Shown: positions 12,026 to 22,970, numbered from the stretch's first letter. The stretch: 64,000 bases of DNA from an uncultured archaeon (GCA_963799775.1 CAWCYD010000002.1:160001-224000); one strand, 5' to 3'. Translations and numbers: made by a program. The notes: a model not told the origin generated them from the sequence alone.

Positions 12026-12214
12026 ATGTCCGAACACGAGTCCTATGAGGAGGACTGGGATGAAATGGAGAAAGAGGAGAAGGAGACTGAAAAAGAGGAG
12101 GCCGAGTCAGACGCGGAGGAGCCGGGAAAGTATGAGCCCGAAGCTGTCGTTGACAAGGAGCCCCATCCGTTGAGGCGAGAGAGAAAGCAAACGAAGCGTC
12201 CTCGCAGGAAATAG
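12026..12214 (+). CDS. Small charged protein (acidic N-half, basic tail)
   Basis: 62-aa ORF with biased composition. Confidence 0.45.
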   Translation: MSEHESYEEDWDEMEKEEKETEKEEAESDAEEPGKYEPEAVVDKEPHPLRRERKQTKRPRRK

Positions 12215-12355
12215 CCCGTAAAGGCCAGCCCCAGACTCGAGCGGAAAGGGCTTGCGGTCTTTTCACCGTGCATAGGGGTTCATTGCGCCTCCGCCGGGGA
12301 TTCCTAGTCTATTGCCCTAGCCCGAAAGGCTGACTACGGTTGCCTCCTTTGCCTA

Positions 12356-13138
12356 TCATCCGACCTGGAAATAGGCGTAGTCCGTCTGGTTCAGAAAGTC
12401 TTCAGCTAACAGCGTGTATTGACCTGCTGGCAGAGGATGGAAGTGGCTCGAGCTCGTCGGCGCATTGTCGAATTCCAAGTTCGTCGCGTCCCAATATCCA
12501 AAGAGACCGCCATCCGGACCGCATGATCCGCTCCCTAGCCCAGGTGAAGATTGGCACGATGCATTGTTCACAATAAGGTAGATAGGAACGGGCGGACCTA
12601 AAGGTGCAGGCGGACCTAAGAGCGCCTGGTCGCTTCCGTCTAGGAAGGTCAACGAGTACGACCCGGGAACGTTGACTGATGTGCAAGGCAATCCCACAGA
12701 GGGCACTAGTTGAAGGGGTGTCGCTGCAGAAGAATTCTGGCTTGTGTAATGACCGGTGAACAGAGCAAAGCCAATGATCTTCGAGATAGATGTCGAGCCG
12801 CAGAGGAAGTCATCGTACCCCCATTGCGTGAGCAAAGGGTTCGACGAGTTGTCCAAGATGGTGTAATTGGCCATTGTGAGGCTGGATAGAGAGACGCGGA
12901 CCCCGAGGGCACCTCCAACCGGAATCCTAGTGGTGTTCAGCCAGACTTGTATCTGAAGCTCGGGCGAACCTGGAAGGGGAGGTATTGACGAGTAGGTTCC
13001 TGGCGGCGGCTGAATGAAAGTCGAGGTCGAAGTCGGGGAGATTTGGGAGCTTTCGAACAAGGGGAGAGCAATCAAGGCGAGGACTCCAACCGTGATTGCC
13101 GCTTGCGCGGCGACGAACGCGCCCTCCTTCCTTCTCAT
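12356..13138 (-). CDS. Membrane-anchored extracellular protein
   Basis: N-terminal TM, S/T/P linker, Cys-containing beta domain ending GQYTLLAEDFLNQTDYAYFQV; ATGA overlap with upstream ORF. Confidence 0.7.
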   Translation of the reverse strand: MRRKEGAFVAAQAAITVGVLALIALPLFESSQISPTSTSTFIQPPPGTYSSIPPLPGSPELQIQVWLNTTRIPVGGALGVRVSLSSLTMANYTILDNSSNPLLTQWGYDDFLCGSTSISKIIGFALFTGHYTSQNSSAATPLQLVPSVGLPCTSVNVPGSYSLTFLDGSDQALLGPPAPLGPPVPIYLIVNNASCQSSPGLGSGSCGPDGGLFGYWDATNLEFDNAPTSSSHFHPLPAGQYTLLAEDFLNQTDYAYFQVG

Positions 13139-13446
13139 CGAACCCTCCGAACCAGCGAGGAGGTGTAAGCCTCTTGGTGCTCGCTTGGGCGACGTCCTTC
13201 GACAACTGCCCATCCTATCAGGACCAGGCCAACCACCAACACGAACGCCGAAGCACCGGCGACTTGAGTCTGCCAGAAACCTAGCTCCGCAGGGCAGTTG
13301 CACGTCAGCGTCTGGCCTGGAGGAGCCGTGTGGGTGTCACAGTAGCAGGACGACGAGCCAGAGGAGAGAAGGACCAGCCCCAGGAAGATCAGGAAGGCGC
13401 CCAGACCTCCGAGCACCAGAACCTTCGGAAGTTGTCCTTCGTCCAT
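13135..13446 (-). CDS. Small two-TM protein with CxC motifs in the loop
   Basis: CYC..CNC between two hydrophobic helices. Confidence 0.6.
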   Translation of the reverse strand: MDEGQLPKVLVLGGLGAFLIFLGLVLLSSGSSSCYCDTHTAPPGQTLTCNCPAELGFWQTQVAGASAFVLVVGLVLIGWAVVEGRRPSEHQEAYTSSLVRRVR

Positions 13447-13691
13447 AGTGTCATTGAGCGAGGACGCGATATTTACGGGACGTGTCTATCCTAGCGTCCA
13501 AGATTTTGAAGTCAGACTTAAATGGATTTATTGCAAGAATCCGCGCAGATTAGTCGACACTCCGCCGGGGCATTTCATCCGCACGTTGAGCCATAGGTAG
13601 TGGACGGGCTGAACTGGTCGCCGAAGCTTCCAGCGTACAGCCTCACCATCATGAAGGTGCGCATTAGGCCGGCGCACTTTATGGGCTCTGC

Positions 13692-14021
13692 TTGCGCGAC
13701 CATAGCAAGTTCAAGATAACGGTGAAGGGCGAGCCGAAGTTCGCAGCGTTCTTCTTGAATCTGAGGGATGCGCAACTGAAGAAGCGGATCGGTGACGTGT
13801 TGGACACGATAAAGGAGCATCCGGACACAGGTGACCTGGTCGAGCACGCGCTATGGCCTGACGAGTACGAGAGCTTGGCGCTGGATAACCTCCTCCGAAT
13901 CGAGGTGGGGAGAGGGAGGCGCATGACCTACATGATAAGGATCGAAGGAGAGAATCTCGACGTGGACGTGATCGAGTTCTTCGCTACCCACAAGGAATAC
14001 GAAAAGCGGTTCCACTATTAG
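13692..14021 (+). CDS. RelE-like small protein (putative toxin)
   Basis: RIEVGRGRRMTY..IEFFATHKEYEKRFHY; homologous to 61300-61650. Confidence 0.65.
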   Translation: MRDHSKFKITVKGEPKFAAFFLNLRDAQLKKRIGDVLDTIKEHPDTGDLVEHALWPDEYESLALDNLLRIEVGRGRRMTYMIRIEGENLDVDVIEFFATHKEYEKRFHY

Positions 14022-14293
14022 CGGAGCCTGACGCTTCTCTCGAAGAGCAGCTTGAGCTTCGGGTTGTCAGCGGCGACCCAGACGATCCTGTCTTCCTTGT
14101 AGATTATCTTGTTCGACGCTTCGAGGTAGTCCAAGATCTGCTTGAAAGTTTGGTACTCCATGCCCTTGGGAAGCGACTTCCAGAGCTCGGTCCTCGTGGG
14201 GTAGTCCGCCTTTTTGATCAGGTCGACTATCTGCTTCTCCACCATGAGCATGGTGTCGAGCTTCGGCGAGTGAGTCACACTGCAGACTGACAC
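14018..14293 (-). CDS. Small winged-helix-like protein
   Basis: HSPKLDTMLMVE..LWKSLP..YQTFKQILDYLEASNK; homologous to 61663-61962. Confidence 0.7.
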   Translation of the reverse strand: MSVCSVTHSPKLDTMLMVEKQIVDLIKKADYPTRTELWKSLPKGMEYQTFKQILDYLEASNKIIYKEDRIVWVAADNPKLKLLFERSVRLR

Positions 14294-14398
14294 ATTTGCG
14301 AAGCCTAATCATATAAACTTATGTAATTCGAGATGTGATCGGGAACAAAGAGTTCATTTGCGCCTCCGCCGCATTACCCAAATGGCCTTACCTCAAAG

Positions 14399-14785
14399 GT
14401 GGCGGATACCAAAACTTCGGAACGGTCGACGTCACCTATCCTTAGTTATCCAAGACTTGAAATGGGAATTCTGTTTCGCAGATTGGCTTCGGAAGAACTG
14501 AAGCGAAATTCATGTACCGTCAATCAGGTTAGGTTTCCGGCGGGACAACAAAGCGAGCGTCCCGAGAAGGTGGTCCTTCCAGATGGCTCGGTCAAGGAGA
14601 TGCTAGAAGGGTTCGCTCTTACCGACATGGTTAGAAACGCGGATGGAAAGCTAAAAGAGGTTCCAATGCTCGCATCTTCCAAGACCGAGACGAGGGTTTC
14701 GCGAGACGCTTGGGATCGTGAATGGGAGGGAATTGTGAGGGAATATGGGAAGAGACTGGCAGTCGGCGTTGATTGCCACTTGTGA
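14399..14785 (+). CDS. Hypothetical protein
   Basis: 128-aa ORF with no recognised motif. Confidence 0.4.
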   Translation: MADTKTSERSTSPILSYPRLEMGILFRRLASEELKRNSCTVNQVRFPAGQQSERPEKVVLPDGSVKEMLEGFALTDMVRNADGKLKEVPMLASSKTETRVSRDAWDREWEGIVREYGKRLAVGVDCHL

Positions 14786-14943
14786 TCCTCTTCAGACAAC
14801 AACATTCGATGCGCGGCTGGGGACGAGCGAAAACGGGCTTGGCCAAGGGAATCCGCAGCGAGAAGGCCATTTGTGTTCGAAACAAGGCGTCTCCTTGCGA
14901 ATCCAGCAGCTTTAAGAGCCGCTCACCATAAGGTTCGGAAGTA

Positions 14944-15997
14944 ATGGCTTTCCGCTTCCGAGGATGCTACACGGCTATGACGACCCCCTTCGACTCGAAG
15001 AGGAGGGTGAACTTTCCGAAGCTAAAGGCCCTGACGGAATTCCAGAAGGAGCAAGGGATCCGAGGAGTGGTCCCCGCCGGCACCACCGGAGAGAGCCCCA
15101 CGCTCAGCTGGAAAGAGCACTACAAGGTAATCGAGACGTGCTTCGAGGCCGCGGGCTCGACGGCGGAGACAATCGCCGGGACGGGCTCCAACAGCACCGA
15201 AGAATCGATCGAGGCGACCCGACACATCTACGACGTCGGGATGCGCGCGGCCCTTCTCGTCGACCCCTACTACAACGGCCCGAGTTCGTTGGAGATCAGG
15301 AAGGAGTACTACGAGCCCATCGCGAGAGCCTTCCCCGAGGTCCAGATGGTCCCTTACGTCATACCCGGGAGGACAGGCACACAGCTCCTTCCCCAGGCAC
15401 CTTGCCATCCTCGCGCGCGAGAACCCCAACCTCCAGGCGGTCAAGGAGGCCACCGGGAGCGTAGAGAACGCGCGCATGACCAGGAAGCTCTGCGGGCCAG
15501 AGTTCTCAATAATGTCCGGCGACGACGACCTGACCCTGACCTTCATGGAGGACGACGCGATAAACTGCTCCGGGGCCATATCAGTCGTCTCCAACATCGC
15601 CCCCCGCGCCTGCGAGGACCTCACCGAGGCCGCTCTCGCCGGCAACCGCGAGGAGGCGGACCGCATCGGCGCTCTCCTTCAGCCGCTGTTCGCGATGGTG
15701 ACTGTCAAGACCCAGGAGAACACCCCGTTCGGCCTGGTCACCGTCAAGACAAGGAACCCCCTCCCGGTCAAGACGATGATGAACATCCTTGGGATGGACG
15801 TCGGGCCGTGCAGAAGGCCCCTGGGGAAGGTGACCTCGCAGGCGGTAAAGCACATGGCCGAGGGGCTCAAGAAGGTCTGGATGCGGAATCCCGAGATACT
15901 GGAGCCCATAGAGAAAGGGTTCGACGTCTCGCTGGAGAAGAGGCTCAACGACGCGCGAAGCTTGGAAGGGTTGACCTACGATGCCATCTACGAGTGA
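14944..15997 (+). CDS. dapA: 4-hydroxy-tetrahydrodipicolinate synthase (frameshift near 15398)
   Basis: GTTGESPTL, PYYNGPS, YVIPGRTG, VKEATG, MSGDDD; followed by dapB. Confidence 0.9.
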
Positions 15998-16802
15998 GCG
16001 CCTCCTTCGCGTCTGCTTGATCGGCGCCACCGGCCGCATGGGCACGCTCATCGCGAGAGAGGCGAAGAAGGAGAGATTCGAGATATCCGGAGCGGTCGCA
16101 GCGCCAGACGACCCGAACCTCGCGAGGACGCTACGCGAGATGGGGGTTCGGGACAGCGACACGCGGGTCTCGCCGCCCTCTGCCCTCGCGGGCCTGCTTC
16201 GCGAGAGCGACGTCTGCATCTCCTTCGCCAGCGCCCAGGCCGAGATGAGCAACCTACCCGCAATCGCTGCCGCAGGGGTCCCGTACGTCTCCGGGACGAC
16301 GGGCCTTACTCCGCAGCAACGGAAGGAAGTGGAGGCCGCGCTGCGGGGCCGGCTCCCGGCTGTCATAGCATCGAACTTCTCGGTGGGGGCGAACTTCCTC
16401 ATCGCGATCTCCGCCGCGCTCAAAGGCCTCCCCCAGGGGTTCGACGTGAGCATAGTCGAGTCGCACCACTCCGGAAAGGTCGACGCCCCGAGCGGCACGG
16501 CGCTCAGTATCGCCCAAGAGGTCTCGAAAGCCCGAGGCTACACGAAGACTGTCAGCGGCCGGAGCGGAGCCTCCAAGAGGGCGCCCGACGAGCTCGAGGT
16601 GATGTCGCTCAGAGGGGGTGGGACGCCAGGGATCCACACGGTCTATGCGTTCGGGCCGCAGGAGATGATAACGCTGGAGCACGTCGCCTTCTCGCGGTCC
16701 GCCTTCGCGCTCGGCGCCCTCCACGCAGCCGAGTGGGTCACCGCCAAGGGGCGCGAGCCGAGGGTCTACGGGATGGCAGAAGTCCTGGGCCTCAAGCTCT
16801 GA
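15981..16802 (+). CDS. dapB: 4-hydroxy-tetrahydrodipicolinate reductase
   Basis: GATGRMG, GTTG, ESHHSGKVDAPSGTA. Confidence 0.93.
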   Translation: MPSTSERLLRVCLIGATGRMGTLIAREAKKERFEISGAVAAPDDPNLARTLREMGVRDSDTRVSPPSALAGLLRESDVCISFASAQAEMSNLPAIAAAGVPYVSGTTGLTPQQRKEVEAALRGRLPAVIASNFSVGANFLIAISAALKGLPQGFDVSIVESHHSGKVDAPSGTALSIAQEVSKARGYTKTVSGRSGASKRAPDELEVMSLRGGGTPGIHTVYAFGPQEMITLEHVAFSRSAFALGALHAAEWVTAKGREPRVYGMAEVLGLKL

Positions 16803-16812
16803 GCCCCGGGCC

Positions 16813-17991
16813 TCAGTTCTCGTAGAGGATCTCGTGCGTCTCGGGGAGCCCGTCGGTCAGGGGCTCGTAGCCGTTCTCGGTGACCAGGATCGTCTCGCCT
16901 ATCCTGCACCCTCCAACCTCGAGGTTGTCGTCGAGTGTGATGCAGGGCTCGATCGCTATCACGTGCCCGGGCCTCAGCTTTGCGTTCGGCTCGTCCATCC
17001 CGGGCTCGGGCGCCCAGGGGGGCTCGTAGACGTTGAGCCCTACCCCGTGGAGGATTGGCTGTATCCTGCTGAAGGAGTACCTCGAGTATCCGTACTCGTC
17101 CACGACCTTCTCCGCCGCGTCCCTGAGGTGGCGCGTCGTCGCCCCGGGGCGGGTCGCCTTTAGGGCTGCCGAGTAGGCATCGTAGGTTGCCGTGTAAACC
17201 CGCTTCTGGGCGGCCGTCGGGGTGCCGACTATCGTGGTCGTCGTGATGTCGGTGTTGTATCCCTTCCACAACGTCGCGTAGCCGAGGATCAGGAACTCCC
17301 CGCTCCTCACGACCCTGTCGGAGTCGTGCCTTGTCATGAGCCCCGTGTTGGGGCCGGCAAAAGTGGCGAGCGACCACGACATGCCCTCGGCGCCCATCTT
17401 CCTGGCCGCGTACTCCCCCTCCGCCGCGATCTCGTACTCCCGCATCCCGGGCCTGGCGTGCTCCAGAGCCGCCTCGATCGAGGCCTCGGTGGCCTTTGAC
17501 GCCTCCCGCATCAACGCAATCTCGCCGTCGAGCTTCACCGCCCTCCCCTCGGCGACCTCGGACCCCACATCCACGAGCTGTACCCCCTTCGAGACCTTCC
17601 GTAGCGCATGGAACCCTTCCAGGCCGAGTTGGTCGTATCCGACCCTCCCCTTCTTCACGTAGTCCCTGAAGACCTTCGATATCTCCTCCGCTCGGCCCAG
17701 CGAGTGCATCACCCTCATGTCGTCGACCCAGGGCATGAAGTGCTTGGCCCGGGTGTAGTCACCGGCCACGGTGAGGACGACGACCTCACCGCTCGACGTG
17801 ATGAAAGACGAGTAGCTGTTCTGGAACCACATGCTCACTACCGGACGGAAGTCGGTCGAGTATCTCACGTTCTCGATCTTGTTGAGCAGAAGACCGTCGA
17901 GCCCTTCCTTTTTCATGAACGAGGTCAGCTTCGCGATCTTCTTCTTTCTCAGGACCGCGGCGTCGGCCTTCTCCCGGCTCCTCTCCGTCAA
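16813..17991 (-). CDS. Xaa-Pro peptidase (M24 family)
   Basis: Creatinase-like N-domain; TDIT, HGVGLNVYE, AIEP, RIGETILVT. Confidence 0.85.
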   Translation of the reverse strand: MTERSREKADAAVLRKKKIAKLTSFMKKEGLDGLLLNKIENVRYSTDFRPVVSMWFQNSYSSFITSSGEVVVLTVAGDYTRAKHFMPWVDDMRVMHSLGRAEEISKVFRDYVKKGRVGYDQLGLEGFHALRKVSKGVQLVDVGSEVAEGRAVKLDGEIALMREASKATEASIEAALEHARPGMREYEIAAEGEYAARKMGAEGMSWSLATFAGPNTGLMTRHDSDRVVRSGEFLILGYATLWKGYNTDITTTTIVGTPTAAQKRVYTATYDAYSAALKATRPGATTRHLRDAAEKVVDEYGYSRYSFSRIQPILHGVGLNVYEPPWAPEPGMDEPNAKLRPGHVIAIEPCITLDDNLEVGGCRIGETILVTENGYEPLTDGLPETHEILYEN

Positions 17992-18084
17992 GGTGTCTTC
18001 CGATTTCTTCCCCTCGCTGTCGTCTATAAAATGATGCTCGCCACGAGAGAACCTAAATCATCGAAGACCTGGAGCGGGAGCAAG

Positions 18085-18993
18085 ATGCCCGCGGACAAGC
18101 GAGGAGCCGGAGGCCTTCCCTCGGAGAGGCTGAGGAAACTCCTTGGTGGTAGGAAGGTCGTGGCGACCCCCGGCGTCTTCAACTCCGCCGTGGCCCTCCT
18201 CGCGGAAGACGCAGGCTTCGAGTGCCTCTACCTGTCCGGCGCGGCCTTCTCGAGCTCGATGGGCCTGCCCGACCTCGGAGTGACGACACTCTCGGAACTC
18301 GCGCAGCGGACGAGCGAGATTTCCTCTGCCGTCCCTTCGCTCCCGCTCATCGTGGACGTCGACACGGGGTTCGGCGAGGCAGTCAACGTCGCCCGGACCG
18401 TCCGCGAGATGGAGAGGGCAGGGGCCGCCGCCATCCAGATCGAGGACCAGGTCATGCCGAAGCGATGCGGACATCTGCGCGGGAAGCAGGTCGTCGAGCC
18501 CGAGGAGATGGCGAAGAAGCTCATCGCAGCCAGGGAAGCTGCAAAGACGGGGTTGGTGCTCATAGCAAGGACGGACGCTCGAGAGACCGAGGGGCTCGAA
18601 GGCGCTATCTCGAGGGCCCGGGTCTATCAAAAGGCAGGCGCAGACGTCATCTTCCCAGAGGCCCTTCGGTCGAAGGGGGAGTTCGCGGAGTTCGCCAAGA
18701 AGGTGGAAGGCCCTCTCCTCGCGAACATGACGGAGTTCGGCGTCACGCCCTACATCTCGGTGTCCGAGTTCTCGCGCCTCGGGGAAGGGTACAAGATTGT
18801 CATCTTCCCGGTGACTACCTTCCGGGTGGCGATGAAGGCGATGAGGGACGCCCTCAAGGACCTCGCGAGCTCGGGCACTCAGCGCGGTTTCCTTGGAAAG
18901 ATGATGACAAGGGAGGAGTTCTACGACCTCATAGACTACCGCTCTCTGGAAGCCTCGGACCGAGCCGTCGCTCGAAAGTCCAAGCGTCTCTGA
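18085..18993 (+). CDS. prpB: 2-methylisocitrate lyase
   Basis: DVDTGFG, IEDQVMPKRCGH, ARTDA, ANMTEFG. Confidence 0.92.
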   Translation: MPADKRGAGGLPSERLRKLLGGRKVVATPGVFNSAVALLAEDAGFECLYLSGAAFSSSMGLPDLGVTTLSELAQRTSEISSAVPSLPLIVDVDTGFGEAVNVARTVREMERAGAAAIQIEDQVMPKRCGHLRGKQVVEPEEMAKKLIAAREAAKTGLVLIARTDARETEGLEGAISRARVYQKAGADVIFPEALRSKGEFAEFAKKVEGPLLANMTEFGVTPYISVSEFSRLGEGYKIVIFPVTTFRVAMKAMRDALKDLASSGTQRGFLGKMMTREEFYDLIDYRSLEASDRAVARKSKRL

Positions 18994-19032
18994 TAACGAT
19001 TTAATATCTGGCAATTCCTTCCAGACCATCGA

Positions 19033-20157
19033 ATGGCAGAGATGCTCCGGGTCACGAAAGGCCTCGACGGGGTCGCGGTAGCGGACACTAACATCGCGAA
19101 GAGCGACGCCGACGGGACGCTCACTTACCGGGGCTACGCAATCAAGGACCTCTTCGAAAAGTCGACCTTCGAAGAGTCGACCTACCTGATACTCTACGGC
19201 AAGCTCCCGACGAAGAGGGAGCTGGACGACTTCACGGCGATGCTCCAGAGATACTCTCTCGTCCCCCACAACGTCTACGAGCTGGTGAAGGCGATCCCCC
19301 ACGAGGCGCACCAGATGGACGTCCTCAGGACCGCAGTCTCCGGGCTGGGCGCGACCGAGGGAGGGATCTCCTCGGAGGAGCAGAAGCTCTCGATAATCGC
19401 GCAGATGCCGACGCTCGTCGCCAACTGCTACAGGCTGAACCAGGGGATGGAGCCCGCCGAGCCGGACGCCTCGCTGAGCCTCTCGGCGAACTACCTCTAC
19501 ATGCTCACGGGGAAGAAGCCCACGCCGTTCGAGGCCTGGTGCTTGGAGAGGATGCTCATCCTCTACCTCGAGCACGACCTCAACGCCTCGGCCTTCACGG
19601 TCAGGGTCGTCGCCTCGACGCTCGCCGACATCTACTCCGCCTGCACCGCCGGCCTGGCCGCGTTGAAGGGGCCCCTCCACGGAGGTGCCAACGAGGCCGC
19701 GATGCAGATGCTGCTCAAGATAGGCACGGCCGACAACGCGAGGGCCTACGTCCAGGGAGCCCTCGCAAGGGGCGAGAAGATAATGGGGTTCGGACACAGG
19801 ATATACAAGACGGTCGACCCCCGGTCCCAGCTCGCGAAGAAGCTCCTCAGGGACCTGCTCGAGAAGCAGGGCAAGGGGCTCGAGACCTACAAGCTGTGCG
19901 AGGCGGTGGAGACCGCGGTCTGGGAGTTCAAGAAGCTCCCATCGAACGTGGACTTCTACGCGGCGCCGCTCTTCAGGAGCCTGGGGATCCCCATCCCGAC
20001 GTTCACCCCTATCTTCGCATCCAGCAGGACCGTGGGGTGGGTCGCACACTACAACGAGCAGCTGATGGACAACAGGATATACAGGCCCGACGCGATCTAC
20101 AAGGGAGAGAAGGGCCTCAACTACACGCCGATAGAGAGCAGGCGCGAGCTCGCCTAG
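19033..20157 (+). CDS. prpC: 2-methylcitrate/citrate synthase
   Basis: EHDLNAS, GPLHGGAN, MGFGHRIYK, NVDFY; between prpB and prpD. Confidence 0.85.
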   Translation: MAEMLRVTKGLDGVAVADTNIAKSDADGTLTYRGYAIKDLFEKSTFEESTYLILYGKLPTKRELDDFTAMLQRYSLVPHNVYELVKAIPHEAHQMDVLRTAVSGLGATEGGISSEEQKLSIIAQMPTLVANCYRLNQGMEPAEPDASLSLSANYLYMLTGKKPTPFEAWCLERMLILYLEHDLNASAFTVRVVASTLADIYSACTAGLAALKGPLHGGANEAAMQMLLKIGTADNARAYVQGALARGEKIMGFGHRIYKTVDPRSQLAKKLLRDLLEKQGKGLETYKLCEAVETAVWEFKKLPSNVDFYAAPLFRSLGIPIPTFTPIFASSRTVGWVAHYNEQLMDNRIYRPDAIYKGEKGLNYTPIESRRELA

Positions 20158-21528
20158 GGCTTCACGACCAACGCCGCGACCAGAGGCCCCACGTCCTCCC
20201 GCTTCTCGATGGTCCGCACGAAGCCCAGGACATTCCTGATCTGAGCCTCGGTCAGCTTGCCCTTCACCAGCTGCCTGAACTTTTTCTCGATCTCCTCATC
20301 GGTCATGGGGTTGCTAGGATGCCCTCTTGGCTCGTCGAACTGCTTGACGAGGAACCTCCCGTCCACCAACTTCACCTTAAGCCGGTTCGAGACCATCCCG
20401 GGGTAGTTCTTCGTGAGCTCCCTGTCTTCGTTCACGATTATCCTCTTCATGAACTCCCTGATGGCCGGGTCCCTGAGCTTCCCAGGCGCGTAGCTCCCGT
20501 TGTCGACCTTCCCTTCGATGAGCGCCATGGCGACGATGTATGGGAGACTGTGGTCGGCCGTCTCCCTGGTCTCGGGCGACCACTTCTCCGCGTCTTTCCC
20601 TAGGATGGAGTACGCGGCCTCGTGGGTCTCCACCGCGACGTGCGCGACCTTCTCCATCGGGTCGCCTTCGACCTGCTTCCTCAGGTCGAGCGCGGCCCAG
20701 ATCGCGGTCTGGGCGTGGTACTCCGCGGGGTAGAACTTGACGAAAGTGTCCTCGAGCTTGAACCTCTTCCCCTTCCCGCCGAACGAGGCTATGTCGAGGT
20801 AGAACCTCCCGGAGACCTGGTTGAAGAAACCCATGTCTCCTTCGAATACTGGAGAAGGCCCAGTGATGCCCTCGCGCGCGAGCAGTGCGGAGAAGACCGC
20901 ATTCCGTGAGGCGTTCGCGAAGGAGAAGCCCTTCCACATAGAGAGCTCCCCCGACCTGACCTGCCTCATGGCGAGGTGCGAGTTGAGGGAGATGTTGACC
21001 GCTTGGGCGAGCTCTTCCTTGGACAGGCCCAGGAGCTTCCCAGAAGCAAGGGCTACGGACACGAGGCCGTAGCAGACGTGGTCCCACCCCCGATGCCGGA
21101 TGTCTGCGGCGTCGCACAGCCTGCACTGGATCTCGTAGGCGAGGACCATTGCGAGGACCATCTCCTTGCCCGACCTGCCCTCCATCTCGGCCGCGGCGAT
21201 GCACGCGGGGATGTTGTCGCTTGGGTGCCCCGGCTCCTTGGAGAGGTAGGTGTCGTTGAAATCAAAATACCTCACCATCACCCCGTTGACGAAGGAGGCG
21301 ACATCGGGCGCCGTCTTCTTCCTGGTCCCGAGGATGGTAGCCGCTCTGCCGGGATACCCTCTCTCCGCGAACCGCCTGGCCGCCTTCACAGGCTTTTCGT
21401 CGAAAGCGCCGACCGCGCATCCCAGCGAGTCCAGGATCCTCTTCTTCGCCTCGGTAATCACGTTCTCGCTCAGGTTCCTCGTACCTCGTAGTCGCCACGT
21501 AGTCGGCGAGTCGTTCCGCGAGGTTCAC
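20154..21528 (-). CDS. prpD: 2-methylcitrate dehydratase (frameshift near 21475)
   Basis: RYFDFNDTYLSKEPGHPSDN, GWDH, KFYPAEYHAQ, ADHS. Confidence 0.92.
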
Positions 21529-22509
21529 CGCTTTCCCCTCCTTCCCCCGGCTTCCCTGCGCGAGCGACCGTGTCTCCTGTCGCCTCCGAGCAGTGCCAGG
21601 GCGGCATCGTTCGCGCTCAGCCTGTGGCTCGCCACACCGGCGGCAAGCCCGTCGACCCTCGAGGCCGCCCTTGCCTCGAGGTCCGTCAGGGCACTTCTTC
21701 CGCGCGAGCTCCGTTATCATCCCTCTGATGCTCCTGAGCCTGATGGCATCCCCTTCCTTCGAAGGGGAGGAGAGGAACGTAGTCCTGATCCTCTCGAGCC
21801 TCTCAACGACGTTCTCGATCCCCTCTCTCTTGGCCGCCGAGACCTTCAGGACCGAGGGGTTGCGCCCCTTCGCGTCCCTGGCCATCGCAAGCAGGTCGAC
21901 GACCATGTCGTCCGCCCCGGCGAGGTCCGCCTTGTTCACCACGTAGATGTCTCCTATCTCCATCAGCCCAGCCTTCGAGGCCTGGACGTCGTCTCCGATC
22001 CCGGGCATCAGGACCACCACCACGGCATGAGCGACCCTGACCACGTCCGTGTCAGACTGCCCTATGCCCACCGTCTCGACCATCACGACGTCCATGCCCG
22101 CCGCGTCGAGGACCTGGATGACATCGGCCACGGCCCCCGAGAGCCCCCCAGCCCAGCCTCGCGACGCCATGCTCCTGATGAACACCCCCTGGTCCATCGT
22201 GTGGTCGACCATCCTGATCCTGTCGCCCAGGAGCGCGCCTCCCGTCAAGGGGCTCGAGGGGTCGATGGCGACCACCCCGACCTTGAGGCCCTTCTTCCTA
22301 TAGATCTCTATGAACCTGTCCACGAGGCTGCTCTTCCCTGTCCCCGGAGGGCCCGTCACCCCGATGACGAAGGCGTGCCCGAGCTTTGGGCCTATCGCAC
22401 GGAGGAGGCCAGCCGCCCCTGCGCCGTCGTTCTCGGCCAGGGTGATCGCCTTCGCAACGGCCCTCCTGTCCCCCTTCTCCAGCTGGGCCGCGAGCTCCTT
22501 GGCGTCCAA
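21525..22509 (-). CDS. meaB: Methylmalonyl-CoA mutase-associated GTPase (frameshift near 21698)
   Basis: GPPGTGKSS, DPSSPLTGGALLGDRIRM, ETVGIGQS, NKAD. Confidence 0.92.
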
Positions 22510-22552
22510 GTCGTGATACGCTTTGCCGTGCCGCCGCTCTCTCGAAATAAAC

Positions 22553-22970
22553 CTACGCATGCTGCGGCGCTTCTTCGTCGACCTTGTAGACATCGAGCCA
22601 GATGCCCTCGCACCCCTTGACGAAGGCGATGTGCCACTTGCCTTCGTGGAACGGGCCTATCGCCACGGGATACCCTGCGTCGGTGAGCCGCTTCAGCGTG
22701 CCGTCGAAGTCCTTGACCCGCAACCCCAAGTGGTCGAGCTGGTCCCCCTCTACGAACTTGGTCGCGTGAGGAGAGCCTGGGGCGTACCAGTTCAGCTCCA
22801 GATAGTGGTCTTCTCCCTCGTACCCGAGATTCGCGAACACCCCCTTGTTCCACTCCGCCTCGACCCTTGACTTGAGCGTCATCCCCAAGACCTCTGTGAA
22901 GAACTCGATCGCCTTATCGAGGTGCCCGCACCCGAAGACCCGTGTACCCGAACTTTATCCCGGAGTCCAT
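22553..22970 (-). CDS. VOC/glyoxalase family protein (frameshift near 22925)
   Basis: YTGLRV..AIEFFTEVLGM, LELNWY, LDHLGLRV. Confidence 0.8.

Larger units (their letters stand above)
12278..14371 (-). repeat. Three tRNA-3'-end-like fragments (Asn-like) at 12284-12303, 13560-13570 and 14359-14371
   Basis: TGCGCCTCCGCCGGGGAT / CTCCGCCGGGG / TGCGCCTCCGCCG; reverse complement CCCGG-CGGAGGC-G reads as T-stem strand + acceptor strand + discriminator. Confidence 0.65.

Noticed and set aside
18058-22620. Long antisense ORFs (663 aa, 456 aa and others)
   Set aside because: Shadows of high-GC3 genes on the opposite strand, with no recognisable motifs
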